Source of the DNA: a virus
Virus record (IMG/VR): IMGVR_UViG_3300047548_001261
Location: 17,896-81,895 of that record
Direction: 5' to 3' (one strand)
Length of the DNA: 64,000 nucleotides
Shown here: positions 54,804 through 63,602 of the stretch, one piece after another
Numbering within the stretch: position 1 is the stretch's first letter
Layout: each line of letters opens with the position of its first letter
Notes under the pieces: generated by a model
Database searches by the model: none
What the model was told of the DNA's origin: nothing
The model's input: the letters and a program-made list of their open reading frames with translations, nothing else
Translations under genes and position numbers: made by a program

Positions 54804-55361
54804 TTAAAAGTCGGGGTGAAGGTATTTACGGCAAATGTCAGCCGTTTGTTTCTGGTTTTCTTTTCTTGCAGCAGCAGCAGCATCAGCTGCAGCAGCTGCA
54901 TCAGCAGCAGCGTGAGCAGCAGCATAAGCCACATGAGCAGCAGCAGCATAAGCAGCAGCAGCAGCATAAGCATAAGCATAAGCAGCATCAGTAGCATAAG
55001 CAGCAGCATAAGCATAAGCAGCATCAGTAGCATAAGCATAAGCAGCAGCATAAGCATCAGCAGCATAAGCATAAGCAGCATCTAAATCTTCTCTGGTTGC
55101 TTTACCCTCCCCGAAAGCGATAGCTATATCCACCGCTTTTAGGCTTCTTTCATCCTCCATTAAGTGCCTCACCGTGTTGGCACAGCTCCCTTTTGCCAAT
55201 GTCAGCCCTTTTACGTCGTCAGGGTGCATTTTGGCGTAGAACCAAAGCATCCAATCCCCTCTAGGACATGTTTCCCACGCTTCTTGTGGGGTCTTATCAC
55301 CTAGCCATTCAACTGCTGAACTGCAAGGTCGGTGTTGTTTTATAAGTTCGATTGCTATCAT
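54804..55361 (-). CDS. Ala-rich low-complexity phage protein
   Basis: AWETCPRGDWMLW...VRHLMEDERSLKAV followed by an A/Y/D-rich tract. Confidence 0.75.
   Translation of the reverse strand: MIAIELIKQHRPCSSAVEWLGDKTPQEAWETCPRGDWMLWFYAKMHPDDVKGLTLAKGSCANTVRHLMEDERSLKAVDIAIAFGEGKATREDLDAAYAYAADAYAAAYAYATDAAYAYAAAYATDAAYAYAYAAAAAYAAAAHVAYAAAHAAADAAAAADAAAAARKENQKQTADICRKYLHPDF
54868..55081. repeat. Low-complexity GCA/GCATAA repeat tract (poly-Ala with Tyr/Asp)
   Basis: Directly visible. Confidence 0.9.
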
Positions 55362-55819
55362 GGCATTAAGCCTTGGGTTTTCTGGGAAATCCAGTTGTTA
55401 GTAGCCATGAAGTCAACTTCCGTCCTGGTTATGAACGAAGCAAACCCGCCGAAAGATTCAGGACACATACGGGAGCAAGTATTGGCCCCTTCGATTGAGA
55501 TGAACTGGGTTCCAGCGCACTCAGGCTTATTGAGCACTTTTTGGAAAATATAATCGGCATCAACGGAATTATTTGGGTCGTCGCCAAAATAATCTGCGTA
55601 TCTAGGGTCTTGTGAGTAATCCTCTTCGGTAGAGTCGAAGAACTCAAATGCGTCCATCCCGCGAACACCGTCCTCAGCATAGAAATAAAGCAAGGATGGG
55701 TCTTCTGTCACTTCTTCTGCCGCGAAGCCACAAGCTATTAACAAGGCTTGCTCAAAATCTGTGAAGGCTGTTTTCGGTAAGAACGGGTGAACGGTGGCTT
55801 GGGTTGTGTAATCGGGCAT
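55358..55819 (-). CDS. Hypothetical acidic protein
   Basis: 153 aa, GAGG RBS after a promoter. Confidence 0.7.
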   Translation of the reverse strand: MPDYTTQATVHPFLPKTAFTDFEQALLIACGFAAEEVTEDPSLLYFYAEDGVRGMDAFEFFDSTEEDYSQDPRYADYFGDDPNNSVDADYIFQKVLNKPECAGTQFISIEGANTCSRMCPESFGGFASFITRTEVDFMATNNWISQKTQGLMP

Positions 55820-55850
55820 GGCGTTTTCCTCTTTAGTTTCAGTAGGTTAT

Positions 55851-55879
55851 ATTATAACCTTTTTCGGGTAGTATGTCAA
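55851..55879 (-). promoter_or_regulatory. Consensus sigma70 early promoter
   Basis: TTGACA-17 bp-TATAAT. Confidence 0.88.
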
Positions 55880-55987
55880 ATCGCCCTTAATCTTTCCAAT
55901 ATTTCAGGCATCAAGTTATGAACAATGGCAACGAACTCTGCGTTTGCCCTATTCAATGTAACGTTATATGATTTATGTATTTTTTGC

Positions 55988-56805
55988 TTATAAATACAAT
56001 AATTTATCACATAACTGTCTATAAATTTTGCAATCCAGTTTACTTTGTTTGTCGATGTCGGCAATGACTGATCTGTCATTTTCTGTGAGCCAGTTGTTCA
56101 TTGGTTTTGGTTTTTCGGCTTCAATGTCGCGGGGGAGGTACACAAAAACATATTGGATAATTGAGTTTTTTAACGATTTTATAATTCTCATTTCATCATG
56201 AGTCGTTTGAATTATATTGATAGAGTGCTGTAACTCATCATAATTATCTCGTTCAAAATCATAATTTGCATCAATATAGGCATTACAAATGCTCAGCCAG
56301 CGTTGCAACACGTTGCGGACTATATCAATACCGCCAGCGGCAGAAAAATAGCAAACGCGGGATATTGCAGCACCCGCTGACGGCGATACATAAACCCCCG
56401 CGTCCTCGTCATATTCGGGTGCAAATCCGGCTATAAGTTGGCTATTTACAATTGATTGTGTGTATTTTCCGGCGCGTAACAAAAAATCTAACTCGTAGGC
56501 ACTGAATGTTACCTGGCAATTTTCTATTTTTTCGCCGTTGCGCCACAACTTTCCAGCTTTAATAAATGCGGCATCTAAAACTGGAATGCCACGGAATTCT
56601 TGTTTTTTTTTTTTTTTAAATCCGACTTTCTCCATTCATCAAATTTTTGTGGCAATTCAATATTGTTAGTTGCCGCATAAATAGCCACGATGGCTTCAAT
56701 AGTCTCAATTGTTAAAGCTTGTTCAATTTGGTTTAAATACATGATTTTCTCCAGCACCTGTAGCCCGATGCGCAGCATAATATGAGTTGTTGCAATCTCG
56801 AACAT
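55988..56805 (-). CDS. Hypothetical protein split at a T15 homopolymer (56603-56617)
   Basis: ORFs 56575-56805 and 55988-56635 overlap across the run; AT-richer than neighbours. Confidence 0.5.
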
Positions 56806-56829
56806 ATTCCCCTAGGGGAGTTGTCGTAG

Positions 56830-57066
56830 TCAACTCCCCATCGGCGGTATCCATTGGCTATTGTCGTAATCAACTTCACCATCGGCGGTGATAGGGTCTA
56901 CTAGGACTTGGCGTGTTGTGTACTCGTCAGTCAGTTCTCTTGCGACTTCTGGCAAATTGTCGAAAGGCTCGTCATCCACAACTTTTTGGTGGGCTTCTTC
57001 CGGGGAGTCGGCTTCGACAAGATAAGTAATCCTTAACTCCCTGAAGGTGTGGACGTGAAATTTCAT
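56830..57066 (-). CDS. Hypothetical protein
   Basis: AGGAG RBS then MKFHVHTFRELRITYLVEADSPEEA. Confidence 0.7.
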   Translation of the reverse strand: MKFHVHTFRELRITYLVEADSPEEAHQKVVDDEPFDNLPEVARELTDEYTTRQVLVDPITADGEVDYDNSQWIPPMGS

Positions 57067-57099
57067 TTTGTTCTCCTGGTTTACTTTGAATGTAGGTAT

Positions 57100-57128
57100 A
57101 TTATAACCCTTTTGAGGTAGTATGTCAA
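57100..57128 (-). promoter_or_regulatory. Consensus sigma70 early promoter
   Basis: TTGACA-17 bp-TATAAT. Confidence 0.88.
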
Positions 57129-57604
57129 ATCGGGCGATGAGTGTGCTGCTTTTCTTGTGCCTGTTTATAGGCTTGTGCAGCAAGTTCTGGGGTGTCGAAA
57201 TTGCCAAGGAAGATTTGCTTACCTTGGACTTTGATTCTCGCTACCCATTTCTTCCAACGTTTATGAAATGTGACACCCTTATGCCCAGAAGTGTTATTTC
57301 GGTTTTTCCATCTATTTTGCCCATTCTCAGAATGGGTTACTTGTCGCAAGTTCTTTATCCAATTATGGTGTCGGACTTGATCTTCGTGATCAAGTATTCC
57401 TATCGGCCACACCCCATAAACATAAAGCCAAGCAAGTCTGTGTGCCTTATATTTCTTGCCTTTGATGCTTATGTGAATATACTTTTGCGAGGGACTTCCG
57501 GCAATTTGCCCAACTTTCGAGCGCCCCGTGCTTACCTTCCATGTAAAGATTCCGGTTTCTTCGTCATAGTGGAGCAGTTCTTTTAATTCAGCTTGAGTTA
57601 ACAT
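57125..57604 (-). CDS. HNH endonuclease with AP2 domain
   Basis: AHRLAWLY...LDHEDQVRHHNWIKNLR...SGHKGV...WVARI...LGNF. Confidence 0.9.
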   Translation of the reverse strand: MLTQAELKELLHYDEETGIFTWKVSTGRSKVGQIAGSPSQKYIHISIKGKKYKAHRLAWLYVYGVWPIGILDHEDQVRHHNWIKNLRQVTHSENGQNRWKNRNNTSGHKGVTFHKRWKKWVARIKVQGKQIFLGNFDTPELAAQAYKQAQEKQHTHRPI

Positions 57605-57786
57605 GGCTTAAGTCGTTTTCCTGTTTTCCTTGCATCAAGACATGTAACAATCCGCTGCGACGTAACAATCTCTATATCGGTCTTGCGCGGCCCGATCACA
57701 AAGAACCTGGAGGCGGCGGATGGACGTTTGGTTGGTCTGAGTTGCAAGGAACGTGCTCTTGCGTCTGCGGCGTGGTTTATTGGCAT
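57598..57786 (-). CDS. Hypothetical protein
   Basis: 62 aa, AGGAG RBS. Confidence 0.45.
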   Translation of the reverse strand: MPINHAADARARSLQLRPTKRPSAASRFFVIGPRKTDIEIVTSQRIVTCLDARKTGKRLKPC

Positions 57787-57998
57787 GATTGAAGCTCCTT
57801 AATTCTGGTTGCCCACTCCTCGCGGGTTTTAGTTTCGTAGCCCACAGACTCCATCTCGGCCTGAACCGTATCTATTGCTTGCTGCCACCTTGCCTTGGCT
57901 TCGGGGGTGGCAAGAGGGTTGGATGGTGGTGGAGGGTTGTTGTGGAGTTGTTCAAAGTGTTGGGTTAGGTCGAGCGAGTCTTTCATTGCTTTGTTCAT
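57777..57998 (-). CDS. Hypothetical protein
   Basis: 73 aa, AGGGGA RBS. Confidence 0.6.
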   Translation of the reverse strand: MNKAMKDSLDLTQHFEQLHNNPPPPSNPLATPEAKARWQQAIDTVQAEMESVGYETKTREEWATRIKELQSCQ

Positions 57999-58039
57999 TT
58001 TGTTCCCCTAGTGGAAGGTTTCGGATTTTTAGAGTCGGA

Positions 58040-58062
58040 GGCTGCTTACTTTTGCGTTATGC
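58040..58062 (+). other. Half attC relic (L'-R')
   Basis: GCTTACT-tttgc-GTTATGC; the stop of the adjacent minus-strand gene is in R'. Confidence 0.55.
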
Positions 58063-58260
58063 ACCAATAATCCGCTTAGCTTCTAAAACGGCATCGTATA
58101 ATGCACTTTCATCGCTGTTTAGCTCATGCTTCCTGATTATCGGCCGAGCAGCTTCAATCAGTGTATTTATCGCTTTCTCAAGTTGTAGTTCACGGCAGGT
58201 TCTGGCTTTCGTGATTTGCGACAATTCTAAGTAAAGTTTATCTAGTGTTTCGGTTTCCAT
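58057..58260 (-). CDS. Hypothetical protein (probable former cassette)
   Basis: AGGA RBS, METETLDKLYLELSQITKART...; R''-like GGATAAC at 58280-58286. Confidence 0.65.
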   Translation of the reverse strand: METETLDKLYLELSQITKARTCRELQLEKAINTLIEAARPIIRKHELNSDESALYDAVLEAKRIIGA

Positions 58261-58303
58261 TATGTATCCTATTTTTGACGGATAACCCGTCATCGTTGGT
58301 TGG

Positions 58304-58585
58304 TTAGTTTTTGCAGCTGTCATTAAAAGGGATAGCTGACATATCGCCGCTATATGGATACCATACTGATACACAATTTAATCTGCTTGTGCTGTTGTCG
58401 GCTTTGCAAACATAGGCTTCTTCAGTGCAAACATGAATGCCAATTGTCTTCAGATAGTCTTGCAGCTCTTTGGCAACTTCAAGATAAAAAGATAGCCTTT
58501 GGCTATATGAGTCTGTTTTAAGGCTTATGTAGTTGCCGTTTTGTGTTACGCTGCCATGTGGCAGTTGTATTCTTTGTGCGTTCAT
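58304..58585 (-). CDS. Hypothetical protein
   Basis: GAGGA RBS then MNAQRIQLPHG. Confidence 0.5.
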   Translation of the reverse strand: MNAQRIQLPHGSVTQNGNYISLKTDSYSQRLSFYLEVAKELQDYLKTIGIHVCTEEAYVCKADNSTSRLNCVSVWYPYSGDMSAIPFNDSCKN

Positions 58586-58678
58586 TGCTTTCCTCAGGTT
58601 AAGCCGCGTCTGTGCGGCAGGGGATTTTGTTGCCATAAAATAAGCCGTCATCACTTTAAGCTTGTTGGTATAAACTAC

Positions 58679-59413
58679 CTACTTAGGTAGTAAGTAACAC
58701 CAGTCTGTTATTTCACAATAGACTAAATCTTCGGCGTCCGGCACATAATTTTTATCCATGCTATAGCCGTGAGACTCTGGGATTAGATTGCACCCTTTTT
58801 CTGTAATATCCCAAACCATTGCAGTATATACGTCATTACCAAACCTATCTAAGACAGTATATCTGGTAGCAACTACTTCAACTATGTCTTTATGTTTGGG
58901 TTTACATGAATAGATCCAATAAGGAACATCTCGACCAGTCCATTTATGCAAAGCTGCTTTATCTTTTCGATAGTATTCTCTGTAACATTCTACAGGGTCA
59001 GAAGAGATTTTACAGTAGTCAGGCATAGCTAGGGCTAGTGGTGTAAAACCTTTATTAACCAACCCCTTATTAGCGTAGACTCGTAAAGCAGTTTTATAAA
59101 TGTTAAAACTGCCTAGTTCTAGTTTAGATATACTTAAATGGATTTTATCTGAATCCCATCTATGAAATCTTTCTATATCTAATTCCTTCATTAGACGATA
59201 TACATAACAGAAATTGTCAAAGCTTTCTCTTACCCACACACTACATGGATGATTAACATGCGTAGTTTTATAAGGCGCAACCTGCTCTCCAGCAAGCACA
59301 TTAACAGCAGTACATAGAAGTTGGGCGGATTCTAATATCATTTTAACTACATGTTTATCTGTGTGGTATTGTGCAGCAAGCCTAGGGTCTTTGTCTAAAT
59401 AGAATATATTCAT
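58679..59413 (-). CDS. Pyrimidine-dimer DNA glycosylase (endonuclease V-like)
   Basis: MNIFYLDKDP...DKHVVKMILESAQLL...HVNHPCSVW...AMPD...YREYY. Confidence 0.8.
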   Translation of the reverse strand: MNIFYLDKDPRLAAQYHTDKHVVKMILESAQLLCTAVNVLAGEQVAPYKTTHVNHPCSVWVRESFDNFCYVYRLMKELDIERFHRWDSDKIHLSISKLELGSFNIYKTALRVYANKGLVNKGFTPLALAMPDYCKISSDPVECYREYYRKDKAALHKWTGRDVPYWIYSCKPKHKDIVEVVATRYTVLDRFGNDVYTAMVWDITEKGCNLIPESHGYSMDKNYVPDAEDLVYCEITDWCYLLPK

Positions 59414-59553
59414 TGATGTTTTCCTACTGCGCTTCGAGTAAAAATCGTATATTATTCTATAGCACACGCAGTTGTGTACTATCAAATCGTTCTTTGTAAA
59501 TTCACTTAAGAAATGTCCACGGTTTCTATAGCGCATTGTTTAAAATATGTATT

Positions 59554-59578
59554 GGCGCGGCTTAATTACGCGTTATAC
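59554..59578 (+). other. Half attC relic (L'-R')
   Basis: ggcgcg-GCTTAAT-tacgc-GTTATAC; the stop of 59573-59785 is in R'. Confidence 0.65.
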
Positions 59579-59785
59579 GGCACTATCTGAACTCAACCAC
59601 TCGTCAATGTATTCATCTACAAGCTTAGCAAACCCTTCTGCTTCTTCTTTTGTTTTGCATTTTGTAGCCAATGCAAGCCCATGTGGGTATTGATTTGTTT
59701 CTATTGGGATTAGCCTGACATAGTGGATAAGTCCACCATCTTCTGATGTGCTATATACAGATGTATGCTTACCTTTAAACGCCAT
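59573..59785 (-). CDS. Hypothetical protein (probable former cassette)
   Basis: GGAGG RBS; 70 aa. Confidence 0.65.
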   Translation of the reverse strand: MAFKGKHTSVYSTSEDGGLIHYVRLIPIETNQYPHGLALATKCKTKEEAEGFAKLVDEYIDEWLSSDSAV

Positions 59786-59827
59786 ACTTCCTCCGAAGCT
59801 ACGTATAAATCTTCTCTCAATCTGACC

Positions 59828-60070
59828 TCAGCTTTGAGCACGATGCAGTTTAATTGCTCGTACTCTCCACGCCTCATATTGCAGCGGGTCAAGCCGCTGT
59901 GTGCCACCGTCACCGTACATCAACTGACTATTTCTACCTTCTTGCCAACGAAGGTTTGCAGTGGCAATCATCGTTTTTAGTGCGCCGATTTTCGTGTCGT
60001 GCAGCGACTCCAGAGAAAAGCCTGACTCAAAAATGCAGTCGCACCACTCAAATGCAAAAACATTGCTCAT
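59828..60070 (-). CDS. Hypothetical protein
   Basis: 80 aa, ATGA-coupled. Confidence 0.55.
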   Translation of the reverse strand: MSNVFAFEWCDCIFESGFSLESLHDTKIGALKTMIATANLRWQEGRNSQLMYGDGGTQRLDPLQYEAWRVRAIKLHRAQS

Positions 60071-60273
60071 GCTTTCACCTGTTTAAGGTTAATTTCACTG
60101 ATACCCAAGGTTTTAAGTCCGCCTTGGCTTGTTTCTACAGTGACCCATACTTCTGGAATGGCGTGTGGACTATCGCGCTTGTCAGCCATAACCGCCACGA
60201 TTTCGCATGGGTCGCTTTCAAATTTTGTATGGCTAAAACTACCAGTTTTTTTTTGTAGCATGTGTAAGTGCAT
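60067..60273 (-). CDS. Hypothetical protein
   Basis: 68 aa. Confidence 0.45.
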   Translation of the reverse strand: MHLHMLQKKTGSFSHTKFESDPCEIVAVMADKRDSPHAIPEVWVTVETSQGGLKTLGISEINLKQVKA

Positions 60274-60370
60274 GTTCGGCCCAGCAAGGCTGTTTCGATT
60301 GTTATCATTTCTAACCCCCTTCGATAGGTTATTGTCCCCTAGGGGACGTAGATTGGGTTGGTTGGGAGCT

Positions 60371-60580
60371 CTAGTATAGTAGACCTGCCTCCACTAATTG
60401 TTCAATAATAATAAGCATGTTCCGTGAATCGTTTGCAGTGTGTTCTCGTTTAGGTTGTGCTTTAATTGCAGTTAGTTTATCAAACAGCCTGCTAGCGGTA
60501 TTGTCTTCACATGAAGCAAACCCGCTCAGATGAATTAGTTCATCCAGTTCTTCTTCTGTTAATTCAACAATTCTCATCAC
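60371..60580 (-). CDS. Hypothetical protein
   Basis: 69 aa, AAGG RBS. Confidence 0.55.
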   Translation of the reverse strand: MMRIVELTEEELDELIHLSGFASCEDNTASRLFDKLTAIKAQPKREHTANDSRNMLIIIEQLVEAGLLY

Positions 60581-60611
60581 CTTATCTCACTTGTGGGTCA
60601 AATCGGTCTGT

Positions 60612-60639
60612 GGGCGGTCGCCTTACCGTGGCGTTATAT
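60612..60639 (+). other. Half attC relic (L'-R')
   Basis: CCTTACC-gtggc-GTTATAT; 17 of 18 bases match the right arm of attC1. Confidence 0.6.
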
Positions 60640-60648
60640 TTATTTTCA

Positions 60649-61257
60649 CTAACTGCTATGCCACGACATATGTCCGCCGCAATCCCGGCATTCGTAATTT
60701 ACACAGTAGCTTCCATACTCCTGACTACCGCATGAGGTGCACTGATACAACGTGTTTGACGGGCAATCTGTCCATCTGCAACCACCGCCATATTCGTTTG
60801 GCTCTCGCCCACAATAAGGGCAATTGTCGTTGTCGTAGTCAACGTCGTCGCCATCGTCGATAGGGTCGATCAGGACTTGGATGTCACGCTGATCGCTTAA
60901 CTCTCGTGATACTTCCGACAAGGATTCGGAAACCGAATCGTCAAAGACTTTTTGGTGGGCTTCTTCCGGGGAGTCGGCTTCAGCTTCCGTTCTAAAATTG
61001 TCTTCAGCATCCTGCCAAAGGTTAGGATTAATCGCTTCAGCGATCAAGACCGCCTCCTTGCGTTGTTCGTCCGTGAAAATGTCAAAACCTGACGATATTA
61101 TTTGTCCAGCATTATCTTTAATCCCGAAACAATAATGATCGGCGGAAGCGCCAAGCCAACCGCCATTGGCAACATGTGAGAGCAGCCTTTCGGCGGCAAT
61201 GGCCGCCATTAAAGAAAATTTATTTTCTATTCTGATTTGGTTAATTCGCTTTTTCAC
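60649..61257 (-). CDS. Mosaic hypothetical protein with Cys-rich C-terminus
   Basis: Middle segment paralogous to 56830-57066; CPYC, CTSC, CRDC at the C-terminus. Confidence 0.55.
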   Translation of the reverse strand: MKKRINQIRIENKFSLMAAIAAERLLSHVANGGWLGASADHYCFGIKDNAGQIISSGFDIFTDEQRKEAVLIAEAINPNLWQDAEDNFRTEAEADSPEEAHQKVFDDSVSESLSEVSRELSDQRDIQVLIDPIDDGDDVDYDNDNCPYCGREPNEYGGGCRWTDCPSNTLYQCTSCGSQEYGSYCVNYECRDCGGHMSWHSS

Positions 61258-61291
61258 TGAGGTTTCCTTGGTTTGTTTTGAATGTAGGTAT

Positions 61292-61320
61292 ATTATATCC
61301 CTTTTGAGGTAGTATGTCAA
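61292..61320 (-). promoter_or_regulatory. Consensus sigma70 early promoter
   Basis: TTGACA-17 bp-TATAAT; 61277-61329 matches 57085-57137 at 52 of 53 bases. Confidence 0.88.
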
Positions 61321-61499
61321 ATCGGGCGAGGCGTCTTCCGCAAAGCGTCATCGTAATTGGCAAGGGCGACTTTAGCAGCTTTCTTAGTGGCTGGACTCTT
61401 TGCCTCTTGGTAGGCGCGAACGGCTTCAATGAACACATCTTTTTCAAGACAATCGATCATGGTTTCTTGCAAGACTTCGGTATCTAATTTGTTAAACAT
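61317..61499 (-). CDS. Hypothetical protein
   Basis: 60 aa, TAATG-coupled to the upstream gene. Confidence 0.6.
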   Translation of the reverse strand: MFNKLDTEVLQETMIDCLEKDVFIEAVRAYQEAKSPATKKAAKVALANYDDALRKTPRPI

Positions 61500-62689
61500 T
61501 ATTCAATTCCCTTCGATAATATTTTATTGATTACAAGGTCGAATCCGACCTGCATAATTTCGTCCAGGATTCCGTGCTCACGCAGGATTGCAAGTAAGGT
61601 GACATGATTGCCTTCCTTTAACATTATCTCCCGTAAGGCGCGGCCCTCGCCGTGTGTGATGGCATACAGAAGCCCTCGGTGAAACAGTCTCGGGCTGTTC
61701 AGGCTGTTCTTATAAAAGCCTTGGCCGGCAAAGGTAACTTCGTCCTGTCGGGAGTCCGTCGGGAACCACATTCCTGATCGGTAAGATGTCATTATCGGTA
61801 GCCCGTACCGGCGATGGATTCCTTCCATGAATCGCTCCAACGCGCGGAACGCCTTCGGTAAGGCGTGCAAATCCGAATACATAGACTGTACGCCTTCGGT
61901 AAACTCTTTGGCAGTTAATGGCTTACCTATTCCAAGGTGGGCAAGGGTATCAGGGAAGATGGCCTTAGCGGCTTCGTAGCGAGTTGTTCCGACCCCTAGT
62001 GGACGATTGTAGTGCCCAAAACCTAATACGTCGTACAGACTGGTATAAACCGCCATATCGGGCAAGGATGGCTTGCCTTGTACCTCTCGCCTGCTGTTGA
62101 CTATGTCCGACTGGTGTTTCTCAAATTTAGCAAAGAGTTCCGCATCATTTGTAAAGTCCTCGAACTCTAGTAGGTAGTGGGATTCAATCCTTGAAGAAAA
62201 ATTTTCTAAGTGAGAGATGTCAGGGTACAGTTTGGACAAGTCGTATTCGGTTTCACAAAGGTAAACTCTATCTACCGTGTTCTGGGATAGTGCCTCAATT
62301 AAATCTCTGCGGTAAAGGCGTAAATAAACTAAGTACCTGGACGCTTCGCGGGCGTGTTGTCGGGCTTTATTGAAGAGGGCGACTGGTTTGGAAGACTTTA
62401 CAAAGGTTTTGCCATCGTGCCTGCCTCGTACAGTAATCGCATCGAGGCGCAGGGCTAGGGATATTTCCTCGAGAGTGTGCCCTAGGTAGTCCTCAAGGTC
62501 TTTGGGTGGGAGCCTGTACATTGGGTAAGCGTTATTTATTCCTGCACTATTCCTAAGAATATTTAGTTCCTTGGGTGTTGGCCCTGTCCTTTTAGAGGGT
62601 TTCCCTCTGGATGTGGTTTCAGGGATATCGAGGGTGCAGTAAAAATCCTCAGGGGTTGGTTTACGGAATAAGTTGGCTTGTCTGGGCAT
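61499..62689 (-). CDS. Hypothetical protein
   Basis: 396-aa ORF, AAGGA RBS, no recognised motif. Confidence 0.75.
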   Translation of the reverse strand: MPRQANLFRKPTPEDFYCTLDIPETTSRGKPSKRTGPTPKELNILRNSAGINNAYPMYRLPPKDLEDYLGHTLEEISLALRLDAITVRGRHDGKTFVKSSKPVALFNKARQHAREASRYLVYLRLYRRDLIEALSQNTVDRVYLCETEYDLSKLYPDISHLENFSSRIESHYLLEFEDFTNDAELFAKFEKHQSDIVNSRREVQGKPSLPDMAVYTSLYDVLGFGHYNRPLGVGTTRYEAAKAIFPDTLAHLGIGKPLTAKEFTEGVQSMYSDLHALPKAFRALERFMEGIHRRYGLPIMTSYRSGMWFPTDSRQDEVTFAGQGFYKNSLNSPRLFHRGLLYAITHGEGRALREIMLKEGNHVTLLAILREHGILDEIMQVGFDLVINKILSKGIE

Positions 62690-63300
62690 TTTTGTGAGTT
62701 CCTTTCGGCAGTTGTTGCCGATTGTGCTAATTTTATCTAGCGTATTGGTCAGCGGCGCGGGAGGCTAGGCGGGACGCGGGCTAGAGGAGGTTTTTGGGTG
62801 GATTTTAGGATTTTGTCGCCTGAGTGAGAAATGTATGGAGTTGAAACCATGAGTATCTTAATAGAAAAACGACCAAAAAGATAGTGAAATTCTATTAAGA
62901 TACCCATGATTAAGTTTCCACTGATGGGTAGGTAGCCCAAAAGGGCCTAAAAAACGATCCTCTTATTTATAATAAAAATATTTTCAAACATATATATATA
63001 TATGCCCTTATATAAGCCTCAATCGCACAGGATTCCTGACCTGCGGCACTCTAGCTGCAAATTTCGCACTCAGCTGCAAATAGAGAACAAACAGAGAACA
63101 TGCACCATTTTGGTGCAAAATTTTGAAAATCATTCGCAGATTTTTCCGCTTGTCAAATATCAATTTTCGTGCCAAAGAAAATAAAAACTTGGACTGGAAA
63201 TTGCTTTGGTCGCGAATTAACGTCGTGGACGAGGCCCTGCGGGAAGCATCTTTTGTCCACTAGGGGAAGATTTTGGCGGGGGCTTGGGGAATTTTGGGCA

Positions 63301-63327
63301 ATAAAAAGCCCGGACTGAGCCGGGCTT
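63301..63327 (-). terminator. Rho-independent terminator
   Basis: AAGCCCGG-ctcagt-CCGGGCTT followed by TTTAT on the minus strand. Confidence 0.75.
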
Positions 63328-63343
63328 GTGGGGTTTTAGTGGG

Positions 63344-63544
63344 TTAGTATTGTACACCGTATTTAGATTCGCAGTCAGAATCCGTTGTACAGTCTGGTTT
63401 TATGAATTTGCATTCCGTAAAATCGTCTATTTGATTATCAATATAATACTGGCAATCTTTTATTGGGGTCGAACAGCCTGTTAAAGCTATCGCTAGAATC
63501 AAAGCAACAAACAGGTAACAAATTATAACGGGTATATTTTTCAT
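63344..63544 (-). CDS. Small lipoprotein
   Basis: MKN plus hydrophobic stretch plus lipobox LTG-C; Cys-rich mature part. Confidence 0.75.
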   Translation of the reverse strand: MKNIPVIICYLFVALILAIALTGCSTPIKDCQYYIDNQIDDFTECKFIKPDCTTDSDCESKYGVQY

Positions 63545-63568
63545 TTTCTTACACCTTGATTGATAGTG

Positions 63569-63590
63569 GGGACGTGTTTAAACACGTCCC
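63569..63590. repeat. Perfect 22-bp palindrome
   Basis: GGGACGTGTTT-AAACACGTCCC, intergenic. Confidence 0.85.
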
Positions 63591-63602
63591 TAAGGGATGG
63601 AG

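Noticed and set aside
54401-55085. ORFs reading as poly-Leu/Met, poly-Gln/His or poly-Ser/Ile
   Set aside because: Alternative-frame and antisense translations of the Ala-rich tract of 54804-55361.
60279-60300. Possible R''-like GCCCAGC upstream of 60067-60273
   Set aside because: Lacks AAC and has no convincing L'' box or partner arm.
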